From contig CBDCKN010000009.1 of assembly GCA_965218295.1 (NCBI GenBank), forward strand, positions 320,001 through 384,000: a stretch of 64,000 nucleotides of DNA, written 5' to 3'. The DNA comes from Longimicrobiales bacterium. Its GTDB lineage: Bacteria > Gemmatimonadota > Gemmatimonadetes > Longimicrobiales > Gaopeijiaceae. Positions 1-11,400 of this stretch are shown here, piece after piece (positions within the stretch are counted from its first letter, which is position 1; each line of letters starts with the position of its first letter). The notes beneath the pieces were generated by a model. That model searched no databases, was not told the DNA's origin, and was given only the letters and a program-made list of their open reading frames with translations. A program made the translations under genes and the position numbers.

Positions 1-436
1 TGCTCCTCTTGATCTGGAGCTCCGAGCCGATGCGGTCGAACAGGTCGGGGGCCTTGGCCGGATCGATCCTGAAGAGGAGCGATACCTCCATGGCCACGTT
101 CATCTGCTCGCTCGTCTGGGCCTCGATCTGCTCCACGCCTTGGCCCCCAGGAAAGCTCTGCTCCCGGACGGACATCTTCTCTACCGTGGCCAGCGGATTG
201 ATGACGTGAACTCCCTGCTCCAGCGGCGTGCGATCGACCTGCCCCAGGAAGTGCTTCACGCCTACCTCTCCGACGCCGATGACGACCACGGCGTTCAGGC
301 CCGCGGCGGCGATGCCGCCCAACATCAGTCCGTAGCCGAGGAGCTTCGACTTGCCCCTGTCCCCCACGGACGGTCCCACCACGAGCACGGCCGCACCCGC
401 GACGATGATGAGTATGGCTAGCATCATGGATGCCAT
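1..436 (-). CDS. SPFH/prohibitin (band 7) family membrane protein, runs off the left window edge
   Basis: Manual translation from ATG at 436 (GGAGG RBS upstream): two hydrophobic helices, then VVIGVGEVGVKHFLGQV...GVHVINPLATVEKMSVREQ...SLLFRID, typical of the SPFH N-terminus. Not in the ORF track because it is truncated. Confidence 0.8.
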   Translation of the reverse strand, partial: MASMMLAILIIVAGAAVLVVGPSVGDRGKSKLLGYGLMLGGIAAAGLNAVVVIGVGEVGVKHFLGQVDRTPLEQGVHVINPLATVEKMSVREQSFPGGQGVEQIEAQTSEQMNVAMEVSLLFRIDPAKAPDLFDRIGSELQIKRS

Positions 437-620
437 GAGAATCCTCCTATGGACGAAGAGTTGGTGCTCTCGGTAACAGGTGGGCTGTTTTTCTTGCCCT
501 CTCCAGAGGTACGAGCGCCGACGGCTGCCTCTTTAAGGCGCGACGGTGACTGATAATGTACGCCTGCCATCCTCTGTGAGTAGCCTTGTTAAGGGATGAC
601 GTCCGACCCATCGTCCGCGC

Positions 621-1925
621 ATGCCACTGACTCAGCTGCTCTATCGGACCCTGCTTCGGGGCTTCAGGGTCGTTTCTCCGACGATGATGTGGGGGTCTTC
701 CAAGCTCTCCCGCGGGCTCCGTGGGCGACGGAATGCACACGGCACCCTCATCGCATGGGGCGACACGGCGCGCGACCGATCCCGACCCGTGGTCTGGCTC
801 CACGCCTCCTCCGTGGGTGAGGCCCTCCAGGCCAGGGCCGTCCTGGAGGCCCTCAGGGAGCGAACCCCCGACTTCCAGGCTGTGTTCACGTTCTTCTCGC
901 CCTCGGCCGAAGCTCTGGCCGAGCGCTTCCCGGCCGATGTCTCGGCCTACCTCCCCTGGGATCTGCCCGAGGTCATGGGCAAGGTCCTGGATGCCGTGCG
1001 TCCTTCGCTCGTCCTGTTCACCCAGAAGGAGGTATGGCCCTCGTTCGCGGGGGCGGCGGCGGATCGGGGAGTTCCGGTGGTCTTGGTGGCGGCGACACTG
1101 CGGGCCGCTGCGGGACGGCTCAGCCGGTCGGGGAGGGTGCTGCTGGGCCCGGCATTTCGTCGCCTCGACTGCGTAGCGGCTATCTCGGCGGCCGACGGTG
1201 AGCGCTTCCAGCTGCTCCAGGTCCCTCGCGATCGCATCGTCGTGACCGGAGATCCAGGGGTCGACTCCGCCTGTGGCCGGGTGGCTGCCGCGGACCCGGA
1301 AGCCTCGCACCTCAGGCTCTTCCAGGATGGGTCGGGACCGGTCCTCGTGGCCGGGTCCACCTGGGGTTCCGACGAGGACGTTCTGATCCCCGCTCTGGCC
1401 CGCATCCGTCGTGGTAGGCCCGATTTCCGAATCGTCCTGGCACCCCACGAGCCGAGGGGGTGGGACTTCGAGGGCCTTCGTACGCGCTTGTCCGCGGAAG
1501 GGTGGTCGCCGACGCTCTTGAAGGAGGCCGAAGATCGGGGTCGACTGGACGGCGCCGACGCCGTGCTGGTGGAGCGGGTAGGGGTTCTGGCCGAGCTCTA
1601 CACCGTGGCGTCCATGGCCTATGTGGGCGGAGGCTTCCACGGCCACGGCCTCCACTCCGTCCTCGAGCCGGCCGCTGCCAGCGTGCCCGTGCTCTTCGGG
1701 CCGCGGCACCAGAACTCCCTTGCGGCGTCACATCTGCTTGCATGCGGGGGAGCCAGGACGGTGTCCGACGTCGATGCCCTCGTCGCTGCCATCGAGGAGT
1801 GGCTCGAGGACCCCGAGAAACTTCAGAGGGACGGTCGGCGGGCCTTGGACTATATTGAGGAGCATCGGGGGGCGGCCGGCCGAACGGCGGATCTGCTCGC
1901 CGAACGCTTCCCGGAGCAACCGTGA
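621..1925 (+). CDS. waaA: 3-deoxy-D-manno-octulosonic acid (Kdo) transferase
   Basis: WLHASSVGE, YLPWD, AGSTW, LAPHEP and YVGGGF...HSVLEPAA...GP motifs of GT30. Confidence 0.92.
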   Translation: MPLTQLLYRTLLRGFRVVSPTMMWGSSKLSRGLRGRRNAHGTLIAWGDTARDRSRPVVWLHASSVGEALQARAVLEALRERTPDFQAVFTFFSPSAEALAERFPADVSAYLPWDLPEVMGKVLDAVRPSLVLFTQKEVWPSFAGAAADRGVPVVLVAATLRAAAGRLSRSGRVLLGPAFRRLDCVAAISAADGERFQLLQVPRDRIVVTGDPGVDSACGRVAAADPEASHLRLFQDGSGPVLVAGSTWGSDEDVLIPALARIRRGRPDFRIVLAPHEPRGWDFEGLRTRLSAEGWSPTLLKEAEDRGRLDGADAVLVERVGVLAELYTVASMAYVGGGFHGHGLHSVLEPAAASVPVLFGPRHQNSLAASHLLACGGARTVSDVDALVAAIEEWLEDPEKLQRDGRRALDYIEEHRGAAGRTADLLAERFPEQP

Positions 1926-3520
1926 CGAGGAGCTCCTCGCGGAGGACAGGCCGCATTTTGCCAACGAATCGCCTGCCGCCGCTCATGGCGGTGATGGCCA
2001 TCCTCATGGTCTCCTGTTTCGGCGAGTCCCCACCCGCTTCGGACGGTGAGGGGCGCACGGCCGATCCTCCCGTCGCTACGGAGGCGCGGGAGCCTGACGC
2101 ACCGCCATCGGCCACCTCCGAATCCGAGCTTCCACCGCCTCCCGGATCCTGGATGGATGTTGAGGCGAGCGTGGTGGCCACCGAGGGTGGCTCGGGCGAT
2201 GCGGGTAGCGCTCCCCGCGCGCAGGGAGCCGATGCGGACGGGCCCAACTCGACGGGCGAGCCGGATGCGACCGACGAGCCCCAGGAAGTCCAGACGTTTC
2301 CGGCCCCCACGGCGACCACCGGCGAGGGGAGCCCTGTCGCCCGGCTGGTCCTCCCGGAGGAGCCGCTGCGCTTCACCAGGCCGGAGGCCGTACGCGGCAT
2401 CTACCTGAACGCGTGGGCCGCCGGGTCCCACCTGCGCTCCCAGAAGCTCATCGATCTCGCGAAGCGGACCGAGCTCAACGCCTTCGTCATCGACCTCAAG
2501 GATGCGACGGGCTACGTGAGCCACCCGACCCAGGTGATGTTCGCCCGGGAGGTGGGAGCCGATCAGGAGATCCGCATTCGAGACCTGGTCGGGCTTCTCG
2601 AGCGGCTCCATGAGGCCCACATCTATCCCATCGCCCGGATCGTCATCGTCAAGGACGCCCTCCTCATCGGCGCTCGCCCGGATCTGGCCGTGCAGGACAC
2701 GGCCGGCGGCGTCTGGGTGGACGACAAGGGCCTGATCTGGGCCAATCTCTACAACCGCGCCGTCTGGGACTACCACGTGGCCTTGGCCAAGGAAGCCGCC
2801 GCTGTAGGCTTCCCGGAGATCCAATGGGATTACGTGCGCTTCCCCGACGCGCCCGAGGAAGAGCTGAACCGGGCCTGGTATCCGGGGCGGGGCACGCGAA
2901 CGCGAACCATGACGGTCCGGGAATTCCTGGAGTACGCCCGTCAGGAGCTGGCGGAGTGGGACGTTAAACTGACCGCCGACGTCTTCGGCGTTTCCACCTC
3001 CGCCCACACCGACGTCGGCATCGGCCAGCTCTGGGAGGACTTCATCGGGGCGGTCGACGTCGCCCTCCCCATGGTGTACCCATCCCACTACTGGGTCGGC
3101 AGCTTCGACATCGAAGATCCCAACGGTCACCCGTACGAGGTGGTGCTCGAGGCCCTCAGGGACGGGGTCAAGCGCTCCGCCGAGATCGAGGGCGCGGGAG
3201 CGACCCGCCCCTGGCTCCAGGACTTCACCCTGGGAGCGCCCACCTACGGAGCACCGGAGGTCCGAGCCCAGATCCAGGCTACTTACGACGCGGGCATCGA
3301 TGAGTGGATCCTGTGGAATCCCTCGAGCCAGTACAGCGAGGCTGCCCTCGCTCCTGCGGGCGGCTACCCCGACGGCACCGAGCCCACCATCAGGGTTGGG
3401 GGCAAGATCGTCGCGGTCTCGGAGCGTGCCGCCGCCATGGAGGCGGGGCGGATAGCCCGTGCTGCAGCAGACAGCGTGGCGAACGTCACGGCCGAAGACA
3501 CGGTGGGGATCCAGCGCTGA
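1922..3520 (+). CDS. putative glycoside hydrolase (DUF4015 family), probable lipoprotein with a Pro/Ala/Glu-rich linker
   Basis: VRGIY...ELNAFVIDLKD, GFPEIQWDYVRFPD, PMVYPSHY and RPWLQDF motifs. Overlaps waaA by 4 bp (GTGA). Confidence 0.8.
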   Translation: MTRSSSRRTGRILPTNRLPPLMAVMAILMVSCFGESPPASDGEGRTADPPVATEAREPDAPPSATSESELPPPPGSWMDVEASVVATEGGSGDAGSAPRAQGADADGPNSTGEPDATDEPQEVQTFPAPTATTGEGSPVARLVLPEEPLRFTRPEAVRGIYLNAWAAGSHLRSQKLIDLAKRTELNAFVIDLKDATGYVSHPTQVMFAREVGADQEIRIRDLVGLLERLHEAHIYPIARIVIVKDALLIGARPDLAVQDTAGGVWVDDKGLIWANLYNRAVWDYHVALAKEAAAVGFPEIQWDYVRFPDAPEEELNRAWYPGRGTRTRTMTVREFLEYARQELAEWDVKLTADVFGVSTSAHTDVGIGQLWEDFIGAVDVALPMVYPSHYWVGSFDIEDPNGHPYEVVLEALRDGVKRSAEIEGAGATRPWLQDFTLGAPTYGAPEVRAQIQATYDAGIDEWILWNPSSQYSEAALAPAGGYPDGTEPTIRVGGKIVAVSERAAAMEAGRIARAAADSVANVTAEDTVGIQR

Positions 3521-3521
3521 C

Positions 3522-3688
3522 GTAGTGTGGTGTCCCAGAAGTGTCTCGGCCATTCGAGCACCGATGCATCCGGCCCTGCGGCGTTCCTCCTCCTCGAAAT
3601 AGCGTTGCTATTCCTCGTCGTCGCGCCTTGCAGGATCCGGCGCCTCGGCACTCTCGGTGGCTCGCGAACTTCTGGCACACCACACTAG
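3522..3688. mobile_element. full-length MITE-like structured repeat, copy 1
   Basis: Terminal inverted repeat TAGTGTGGTGTCCCAGAAGT / ACTTCTGGCACACCACACTAG and inner hairpin AATAGC-GTT-GCTATT. Homologous to 29085-29252 and four fragments. Confidence 0.8.
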
Positions 3689-5502
3689 GATCCGGCGGCG
3701 GACAGGCTCCTTGCGAACTGTAGCTCGTGGAGCCGGGCGTAGAGGCCCTCCCTCTCGAGCAGCTCCTCGTGGCTGCCCTCCTCACAGAGCTCCCCATGAT
3801 GGAGAACGATGATGCGGTCGGCTCCCTGAACGGTGGAGAGTCGGTGGGCGATCACCACCGATGTCCGTCCCGCCATGAGCTCGTTGGTGGCCCGCTCGAT
3901 CTGGACCTCGATCTCCGAGTCCACCGAGCTGGTGGCCTCGTCGAGGATCAGAACCTGTGGATCGAAAGCCAGGGCACGGGCGAAGGATACGAGCTGGCGC
4001 TCGCCCACCGAGAGCGTCGAGCCCCTCTCTCCCAGCTCCTGGTCGTATCCGTTGGGCAGGCGCGCGATGAAGGGCGCGGCGCCGATGCGCTCGGCGGCCG
4101 CCCGAATACGCTCCTCCGAGATGTCGCTCGCTCCGAGGCGGATGTTGTAGGACACGTCCTGGCTGAAGAGGAAGATGTCCTGGAGGACAAGGCCGATATG
4201 GGACCGCAGCTCCTCCAGCCCGATCTCCTCGATGGGCACCCCATCCAGGCGAATCCGGCCTCTCTGCGGCTCGTAGAAGCGCATGAGGAGATGGATGAGC
4301 GTTGTCTTGCCCGCTCCCGTGTGGCCCACGATGGCGAGGCGCTCCCCGGGCCTGGCCTGGAAGCTGACGCCCTCGAGGACCCAGTCCCACTCGTCGTCCT
4401 CGTCTTTGCCATAGGCGAACCAGACGTCCTCGAAGTCGATCTGGCCCTGGACGGGCGTGGGGAGCGGGGTCGGCACCGCCGTGTCGGCGATCTCGATGTC
4501 GCGGTCCAGCAACTTGAAGATCCGTTCCGACGAGGCCATGGCCCCCTGGAGCAGGTTGTACTTCTCCGAGAGGTCCTGGATGGGACGGAAGAAGCGACGG
4601 GCGTACTGCAGAAAGGCCGCCAGCACGCCCACCGTCACGGTCCCCTGAAGGATCGACCCTCCCCCCCGCCAGATGATCAGGGCCAGGGCGATGGCCGTGA
4701 AGAGCTCGATGACGGGGAAGAAGAGGGCGTAGTACGTTATGGAGCGCAGGTGCGCGTCCAGGTAGTCCTGGTTGATCTCGGCGTGCCTGCGGGCGTCGGC
4801 CTCTTCGCGGTTGAAGAGCCTCACGACCGCGATCCCGGTGAAGCGCTCGTGCAGGTACGAGTTGAGGAGGGCCAGCCGCAACCGGATGTCGCGGTATGCG
4901 GCACGGATCTTGGCTCGGAAGAGGAAAGCGGTCAAAGCGACGAAAGGCAGGACGCTGAAGGTCACCAGGGCGAGCTTCCAGTCCATGTATAGCATGGCGG
5001 CCAGGATGAACGCCAGCGTAAAGACGTCTCCGAACACTGCCACCACGCCCGAGCTGAAGAGCTCGTTCAGCGTCTCGACGTCGCTGGTGATACGGGTCAT
5101 GAGGCGGCCCACCGGATTCCGGTCGTAGAAGCGCAGGTCCAGGCGCTGGAGCTTGGCGAAGATCTCCGTCCGGAGGTCGTACATGACCCGCTGGCCCAGC
5201 CAGGTGGTGAGGACCGTCTGCCCGTACATGAGGGAGGCGCCGCCGATGATGGCGGCCACGTACGCTCCTGCCAGCTTGGCCAGCAGCGGGGCGTCGCCGT
5301 TGGGGATGGCTTCGTCCAAGGCGATCTTTGTGAGCCACGGACCCACCACCTGCAGGAGCGACGCGACCATCAGAACTGCAACGGCCAGGACGACGTACCA
5401 CCGGTAGAGCTTCAGGTACTCCAGGAGCCGCTTCATCAGGCGGGCGTCGTACGCCTTCCCCAGCGCCTCCTCTTCCTGGTAGGGTCCCTGCGGTCCCTGC
5501 AC
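3685..5502 (-). CDS. ABC exporter, fused permease/ATPase (MdlB/MsbA-like)
   Basis: N-terminal membrane domain, Walker A GHTGAGKT, signature LSVGERQ, ILDEATS and IAHRLST. GTG start at 5502 with GGAGG RBS. Confidence 0.93.
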   Translation of the reverse strand: MQGPQGPYQEEEALGKAYDARLMKRLLEYLKLYRWYVVLAVAVLMVASLLQVVGPWLTKIALDEAIPNGDAPLLAKLAGAYVAAIIGGASLMYGQTVLTTWLGQRVMYDLRTEIFAKLQRLDLRFYDRNPVGRLMTRITSDVETLNELFSSGVVAVFGDVFTLAFILAAMLYMDWKLALVTFSVLPFVALTAFLFRAKIRAAYRDIRLRLALLNSYLHERFTGIAVVRLFNREEADARRHAEINQDYLDAHLRSITYYALFFPVIELFTAIALALIIWRGGGSILQGTVTVGVLAAFLQYARRFFRPIQDLSEKYNLLQGAMASSERIFKLLDRDIEIADTAVPTPLPTPVQGQIDFEDVWFAYGKDEDDEWDWVLEGVSFQARPGERLAIVGHTGAGKTTLIHLLMRFYEPQRGRIRLDGVPIEEIGLEELRSHIGLVLQDIFLFSQDVSYNIRLGASDISEERIRAAAERIGAAPFIARLPNGYDQELGERGSTLSVGERQLVSFARALAFDPQVLILDEATSSVDSEIEVQIERATNELMAGRTSVVIAHRLSTVQGADRIIVLHHGELCEEGSHEELLEREGLYARLHELQFARSLSAAGS

Positions 5503-5596
5503 TCGTCCTCCCTCCTGGCCCTGGTGGGGGGCGGGGTGAGGGGTTCGGCCTACCCGGTGTCGGGAGGCTAGTTCCACGGTTCGGCCGACTCCGTTA

Positions 5597-8446
5597 GTGT
5601 CACCTATGGACGATTGGATTCGCATCCGGGGGGCGCGTCAGCATAACCTCAAGAACCTGGACATCGATCTTCCGCGGCGTGCCCTCACCGTCATCACGGG
5701 GCCCTCGGGGTCGGGCAAGTCCTCCCTGGCCCTCGACACCCTCTTCGCCGAGGGGCAGCGACGCTACGTGGAGTCCCTCTCGACGTACGCCAAGCAATTC
5801 CTGGACAGGATGGAGAAGCCCGACGTCGACTCCATCGAGGGCATCTCGCCCGCCGTGGCCATCGAGCAGAAGAACCCCACCAAGTCGAGCCGGTCTACGG
5901 TGGGGACGGCCACAGAGGTGTACGACTACTTGAGGCTCCTGTGGGCACGGGTCGGCCGAACCTACTGCCCCGAGTGCGGCGAGCAGGTCCGTCCCGACAC
6001 GGTGACCAGCGCGGTGGACGGCGTCCTCGAGCTCCCCGAGGGCTCCAAGATCCAGGTGACCTTCCCCCTCAAGCTCAGCGGTCGGGTCAATCACGCCCTG
6101 GTGGTGGATAACCTCCGGGCTCTGGGCTTCATGCGGCTCCTCGCGGACGGGCAGCTGGTGGACCTGAGCACCGCTGATGCAGGGGATCGGGACGATGTCG
6201 GCATCGACGTCACCCAGGTAGCCGACCCGCTGGTGGTGGTGGACCGGCTCACCGCCGGGCAGGAGGAGCGCGATCGCCTCGCGGACTCCCTGGCAACTTG
6301 CTTCGCCGAGGGAGAGGGTGTGGCCGTAGTGCTCATGCACGACCCGTCGGACGGGGGCGTGGTAGGCCGCCTGGTGTTCACCGAGCACTTCCGCTGTGCC
6401 AATCACCCGGAGATCGAGTTCTTCAACCCGACGCCGAAGCTCTTCTCCTTCAACAACCCCTACGGATCCTGTCCAACCTGCACGGGCTTCGGTGCCACGC
6501 TGGACTACGACGTCGATCTCATCGTGCCCAACCTCCAGCGCTCCATCGACGAAGGGGCAGTGGATCCCTGGACCAAGCCACGGTATCACAAGGAGCGCGA
6601 GCAGCTCCGCTCGTATACGCTGTCGCGGGGGATGTCCCTCTACAGCCCGTGGAAGGAACTCCCTGAGGACTTCAGGGAGGAGGTGCTCTACGGGGCCGAG
6701 GACTTCAAGGGCGTGATCCCCTTTCTCATCTCCCGGGAGCGGAAGCGCTACAAGCAATACATCCGCGTGTTCCTCCGCCAGTACCAGAGTCCACAGACGT
6801 GCCGCTCGTGCCAGGGCGCCCGCATCCAGCCCAAGGCGCTCCACATCAGGATTGCCGGGCGCTCCATCGCCGACGTGAGCCGGCTCCCCATGGAGGACCT
6901 CCAGGCGTGGGTCCTCGGCCTGGAGCTCACCGCCATGGAAACCCAGATCGCCGAGACGATCCTCCGGGAGCTCAGGGCCCGGCTGGCGTTCCTGGTGGAC
7001 GTGGGCCTCGGATACGTCTCTCTGGATCGGCAGATGAGGACCCTGTCCGGGGGTGAGGCCCAGCGCATCAACCTCGCCAACTCACTGGGGGCGCGACTCG
7101 TTGACACCCTCTACGTGCTGGACGAGCCCACGGTAGGTCTGCACCCCAAGGACACCACGGCGCTTCTCCTCCTCCTGGGCCAGCTGCGGGACGCCGGAAA
7201 CACCGTTCTCGTGGTGGAGCACGATCCCATGGCCATCCGGGATGCGGACCACATCCTGGAGCTGGGGCCGGCAGCCGGGGAGAAGGGCGGGAACGTCGTC
7301 TTCGAGGGCACGCCCCAGGAGCTAGCCCGAGCCGAGAGCGCCACGGGACTCTATATCTCCGGCCGTGCCGAGATTCCGGTGCCGGAGTCGCGGCGTCCGG
7401 TGGACGGGGCGCGACTCACGCTCCGTGGCGGGCGCCTGCACAATCTCCAGGGGGTCGATGTGGAGATTCCTCTGGAGGCCATGACCGTGGTCACCGGCGT
7501 CTCGGGCTCGGGCAAGTCCACCCTCGTGCACGACGTCCTGTACCGGGCTCTTGAGCGGGAGCTCAAGGGGGGTGAGACGAGTGCCAAGGAGCATCTGGGC
7601 CAGTCTGTCGGGGAGTTCGAGTCGTTGGAGGGTGTGAGCTCCCTGGACGACGTGGTGCTCGTGGACCAGTCACCCATCGGCCGCACGCCCCGCTCCAATC
7701 CAGTGACCTACATCAAGGCGTGGGACGAGGTCCGGAGGATCTTCGCCTCCCAGCCCCTTGCTCGTGACCGGCGCTACAACGCCGGCCACTTCTCGTTCAA
7801 TGTGGCGGGGGGCCGGTGTGAGGAGTGCAAGGGTGCGGGGCGATTGGAGGTCGAGATGATCTTCATGGCCGACGTCTACGTGCTGTGCGACGTGTGCCAC
7901 GGGACCCGCTACAAGAGCGAGATGCTCGACGTCCGGTTCAAGGGACGGAACGTGGCCGAGGTTCTGGAGCTGACCGTGGATGAGGCCATTCGGTTCTTCA
8001 TCCGCCAGGACAAGCTGGGCCAGATGCTCTGGCATCTCCAGCAGGTGGGCCTGGGGTACCTGCGGCTGGGGCAGCCGGCACCGACCCTGTCCGGCGGAGA
8101 GGCGCAGCGGCTCAAGATCGCACGGGAGCTCGCCGGCGTGGCCGGCCGAAAAGGGCGGAAGCTCTACATCCTGGACGAGCCCACGGTGGGGCTTTCCGGA
8201 GAAGACGTGCGAAAGCTCCTCGGGGTGTTGAACCGCCTGGTCGACGCCGGGAACGCGGTGGTGGTCATCGAGCACAACCTCGAGGTGGTGAAGACGGCAG
8301 ACTGGGTCATCGACCTGGGACCGGGGGCCGGGATCCAGGGTGGGCAGATCGTGGCCATGGGGCGTCCCGAGGACCTGGCCTCCGTGCCGGAGAGCGCCAC
8401 GGGTCAGTACCTGGCGGAGGTGCTCCCGGGGGCGAAGGTCGGCTAG
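5597..8446 (+). CDS. uvrA: excinuclease ABC subunit A
   Basis: GARQHNLKN, two Walker A motifs, two LSGGEAQR signatures and Zn-finger CxxC pairs. Start is 5597 (GTG) or 5606 (ATG). Confidence 0.96.
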   Translation: MSPMDDWIRIRGARQHNLKNLDIDLPRRALTVITGPSGSGKSSLALDTLFAEGQRRYVESLSTYAKQFLDRMEKPDVDSIEGISPAVAIEQKNPTKSSRSTVGTATEVYDYLRLLWARVGRTYCPECGEQVRPDTVTSAVDGVLELPEGSKIQVTFPLKLSGRVNHALVVDNLRALGFMRLLADGQLVDLSTADAGDRDDVGIDVTQVADPLVVVDRLTAGQEERDRLADSLATCFAEGEGVAVVLMHDPSDGGVVGRLVFTEHFRCANHPEIEFFNPTPKLFSFNNPYGSCPTCTGFGATLDYDVDLIVPNLQRSIDEGAVDPWTKPRYHKEREQLRSYTLSRGMSLYSPWKELPEDFREEVLYGAEDFKGVIPFLISRERKRYKQYIRVFLRQYQSPQTCRSCQGARIQPKALHIRIAGRSIADVSRLPMEDLQAWVLGLELTAMETQIAETILRELRARLAFLVDVGLGYVSLDRQMRTLSGGEAQRINLANSLGARLVDTLYVLDEPTVGLHPKDTTALLLLLGQLRDAGNTVLVVEHDPMAIRDADHILELGPAAGEKGGNVVFEGTPQELARAESATGLYISGRAEIPVPESRRPVDGARLTLRGGRLHNLQGVDVEIPLEAMTVVTGVSGSGKSTLVHDVLYRALERELKGGETSAKEHLGQSVGEFESLEGVSSLDDVVLVDQSPIGRTPRSNPVTYIKAWDEVRRIFASQPLARDRRYNAGHFSFNVAGGRCEECKGAGRLEVEMIFMADVYVLCDVCHGTRYKSEMLDVRFKGRNVAEVLELTVDEAIRFFIRQDKLGQMLWHLQQVGLGYLRLGQPAPTLSGGEAQRLKIARELAGVAGRKGRKLYILDEPTVGLSGEDVRKLLGVLNRLVDAGNAVVVIEHNLEVVKTADWVIDLGPGAGIQGGQIVAMGRPEDLASVPESATGQYLAEVLPGAKVG

Positions 8447-8471
8447 TGTGGTGTCCCAGAAGTGTCTCGGC
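8443..8471. repeat. left-end fragment of the MITE-like repeat
   Basis: CTAGTGTGGTGTCCCAGAAGTGTCTCGGC matches the copy 1 left end. Its TAG is the uvrA stop. Confidence 0.85.
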
Positions 8472-11400
8472 GTCTGCACTTCCGATCCTGGCCGCTTTTC
8501 TGCCCTGGGGTGGCGGCCTGTCAGGTGGTCCGCTTTTCAGCGGGGTCCTCTCCGCTCAGGAGTCCGGCGCCGGGACGTCACCGGCACCTGTCTCAGCCGT
8601 GCTCCCCGTGGAGACGTTTCAGCTCGACAACGGCCTCACCGTTGTCTTGAGCGAGGACCATTCGGCTCCGATTACGGCGGTGAGCGTTTGGTATCACGTG
8701 GGCGGCGCCCACGAGTTCGAGGGCTACACGGGGCTCGCCCACCTCCTGGAGCACCTCCTCGGCAGCCGGGTGCGGGCTCTGAGCGAGGCCGATGTGGAGC
8801 GGCTCGTGGAGGACGCCGGGGGTGTGGCCTCGGCGTCCACCGACGTCGATCGGACCGCCTTCGAGATGGTGGTCCCTGCTGGGGCGCTGGAGTTGGCTCT
8901 CTGGATCCAGGCGGGACGCATGGCCGACCCTGCGCTGAGCGACTCACTCGTAGGATGGCGACGGCCGCCGTAGCCACGGAGGCCCAGGCCCAGATCGACG
9001 CGCAGCCCTACGCCCGCTCGCAGATCGTGGTCGACACGCTGGTTTCCGCGTACGGGCCCTACCGCAACCCGTTGGTGGGCCGACCCAGTCTGGAGGAGGT
9101 CCATGCGTCCGTGGTCCGGCGCTTCCACGATCTCTACTACGTGCCGGCGAATGCGGTGCTGACCATCGCTGGAGACGCGTCCCGGACGCGGGTCGAGACC
9201 TTGGTGCGGCGTTACTTCGGATCGCTGGACGACCGTCCCGCCTCCCCTCGGCTGCCGTCGTTTCCCATCGTGCCGGCTGGAGCCGCGGAGAGCCGGGCCA
9301 CCGTAGAGGATCCGGTGGCGGCTGCACCCCTGCTCTGGGTCGCCTACGCGGTGCCGGAGGCTGTCGACGAGGACCTGTACGCCCTATCCCTACTCTCCTC
9401 GGTCATCAGCGCGGGGCCCAGCAGCCGTCTCAACTCCGTTCTCGTGGGCCGGACCCAGGTCGCCCGCACCGTCGTCTCGGTCCTCAACCGCCGGAAGGGG
9501 CCCGGCTCGCTCCTCCTGGGGGCGCTTCCCACGGAGGGTACTGAGCCGGAACGTCTGGAGACGGTTCTCCTCTCGGTGATCGACGTCATCCGTAAGGACG
9601 GCGTCACGGAGGCGGAGCTGGAGAAGGCCAAGAACCAGCGTCGGGCGACGGAGGTGGCGGCACGCCTCACCCTGGCCGGGCGTGCCGCGGAGCTGCAGCG
9701 TCACCAGCTTTACGGGGGACGGGCGGTCCGGGCCAACAGCGAGATGGAGCGCTACGACGCCGTCACCCCCGAGGACGTGCTTCGGGTAGCACGTCGGTAC
9801 CTGATCCCGGAGAACCGGGCCGTCGTGGTGGTTCTGCCGGGAGGGTTGGGCCTGGCGGCCTCGGCGGGACTCCTGGGGCTCGCCGCGCCCAGCGAGCTCG
9901 GTGCCGCCGAGGAGTCGGTCTCGGCCCGGCATGGGCCGCCAGAGGTCGCTCCTCCCCCGCCTCCGGCCTTTCCCGGTCTCGAGGAGCGCTCACTGTCGAA
10001 CGGGACGGGGGTTCTGATCGTGCCTGACTCCCTCCTGCCCTGGGTCGACGTGAGCCTCATGCTCCCGGGGGGCAAATCGGCGGATCCCGCCCTCGGCGCC
10101 GGCACTGCCGAGCTGGTCTCCCACCTGATCACCCGGGGCACGGATCGTCGCTCGTCCGCCGATCTGGCTGGGGCCGTGGACCGCATAGGGGCCACCCTGG
10201 CGGCGGTAGTGGGCACCGACTGGATCACCGTGTCCTTAGGTTCTCTGACGCCACACCTGGATTCCGCCTTGACCCTGATGGCCGACGTGGTCCTGCGCGC
10301 GTCCTTCCCGCAGGCGGAGGTTCAGCGACTGCGTCGACAGGGCGTCATCACCCTCGAGACCGATTGGGCGGAGCCTCAGGCCATAGCAGTACGTATGTTT
10401 CGACACGAAGTATACGTATCCCATCCGTACGGCCTGTACGAACGCCCAGAGGAGGTCCGCGACCTCTCGGCGGCCGATTTGAGGGCGTACCACCGCCGGG
10501 TCTTCAGGCCGGAGGGGGCCGTGTTCCTGGTCTCGGGCGACATAGAGTCCGACGACGTCGTGAGTCGCCTCGAGGCCCACTTCTCCGGCTGGGCCGCCGG
10601 CACGGAGACCTCCAGGGCCGAAGCGCCGCCCCGAGGGCCTGACCCACTCGGAGACCCCCCGGCCGACGGGGACCGCAGGGGCGAGAGCGTCATTGTCCAC
10701 ACTCCGGGCTCCACGCGAGCCGTCATCCGCATGGGGCATCAGCTTCCAGCCGGAGATCACCCGGATTGGGCCGGACTGTCGCTGCTGGGTCAGCTCCTGG
10801 GCGGCGGCCCCCAGGCTCGCCTCGGGCCTCGCTTGCGAGCTCACGGCTGGTCCGGAGCGGCTGTCGCGACGGTGAGCCGACGGCGGGGTCCGGGTCTTCT
10901 AGAAGTGGACCTCGACGTTCGGGTGGAAGTGGCCGACTCGGCCATCGCCGAGGTCATGGCCGCCCTCGAAGAGTTGAGGAGCGAGGCCCCCGGGCTCGAG
11001 CAAACCGAGGCGTTCAAGAGCTTCATCGCGGCCTCCCTTCCGCTCCGGCTGGCCACTGCCCGGCAAGTGGTGGGGCAGGTCGGCCGCTTTCGGCTTCTAA
11101 GGGGCGGCTCCGACGCCGCGGGAGGGAGCTCTCGCGCCCTGGAGGACTACGCGGCGGCCGTTCGTGCTCTGACGCCGGACGAGCTGCTGAGGATCGCCGG
11201 AGAGCACCTGAGGCCCGAGGACGTCACGGTCGTGGTGGTGGGAGATGCTACGCTCCTGCGCCCCAGGCTCGCCACCCTCGGGCCCGTCCGCATGGTGGAC
11301 ATGGACGGGGGCAACATCGACCTCGCTGACCTGATGCCTCCCGTCACTCCATTGACGACCGACGTCTCGTCCCTCGGGCCGGGCACGTGGACGTATCGCA

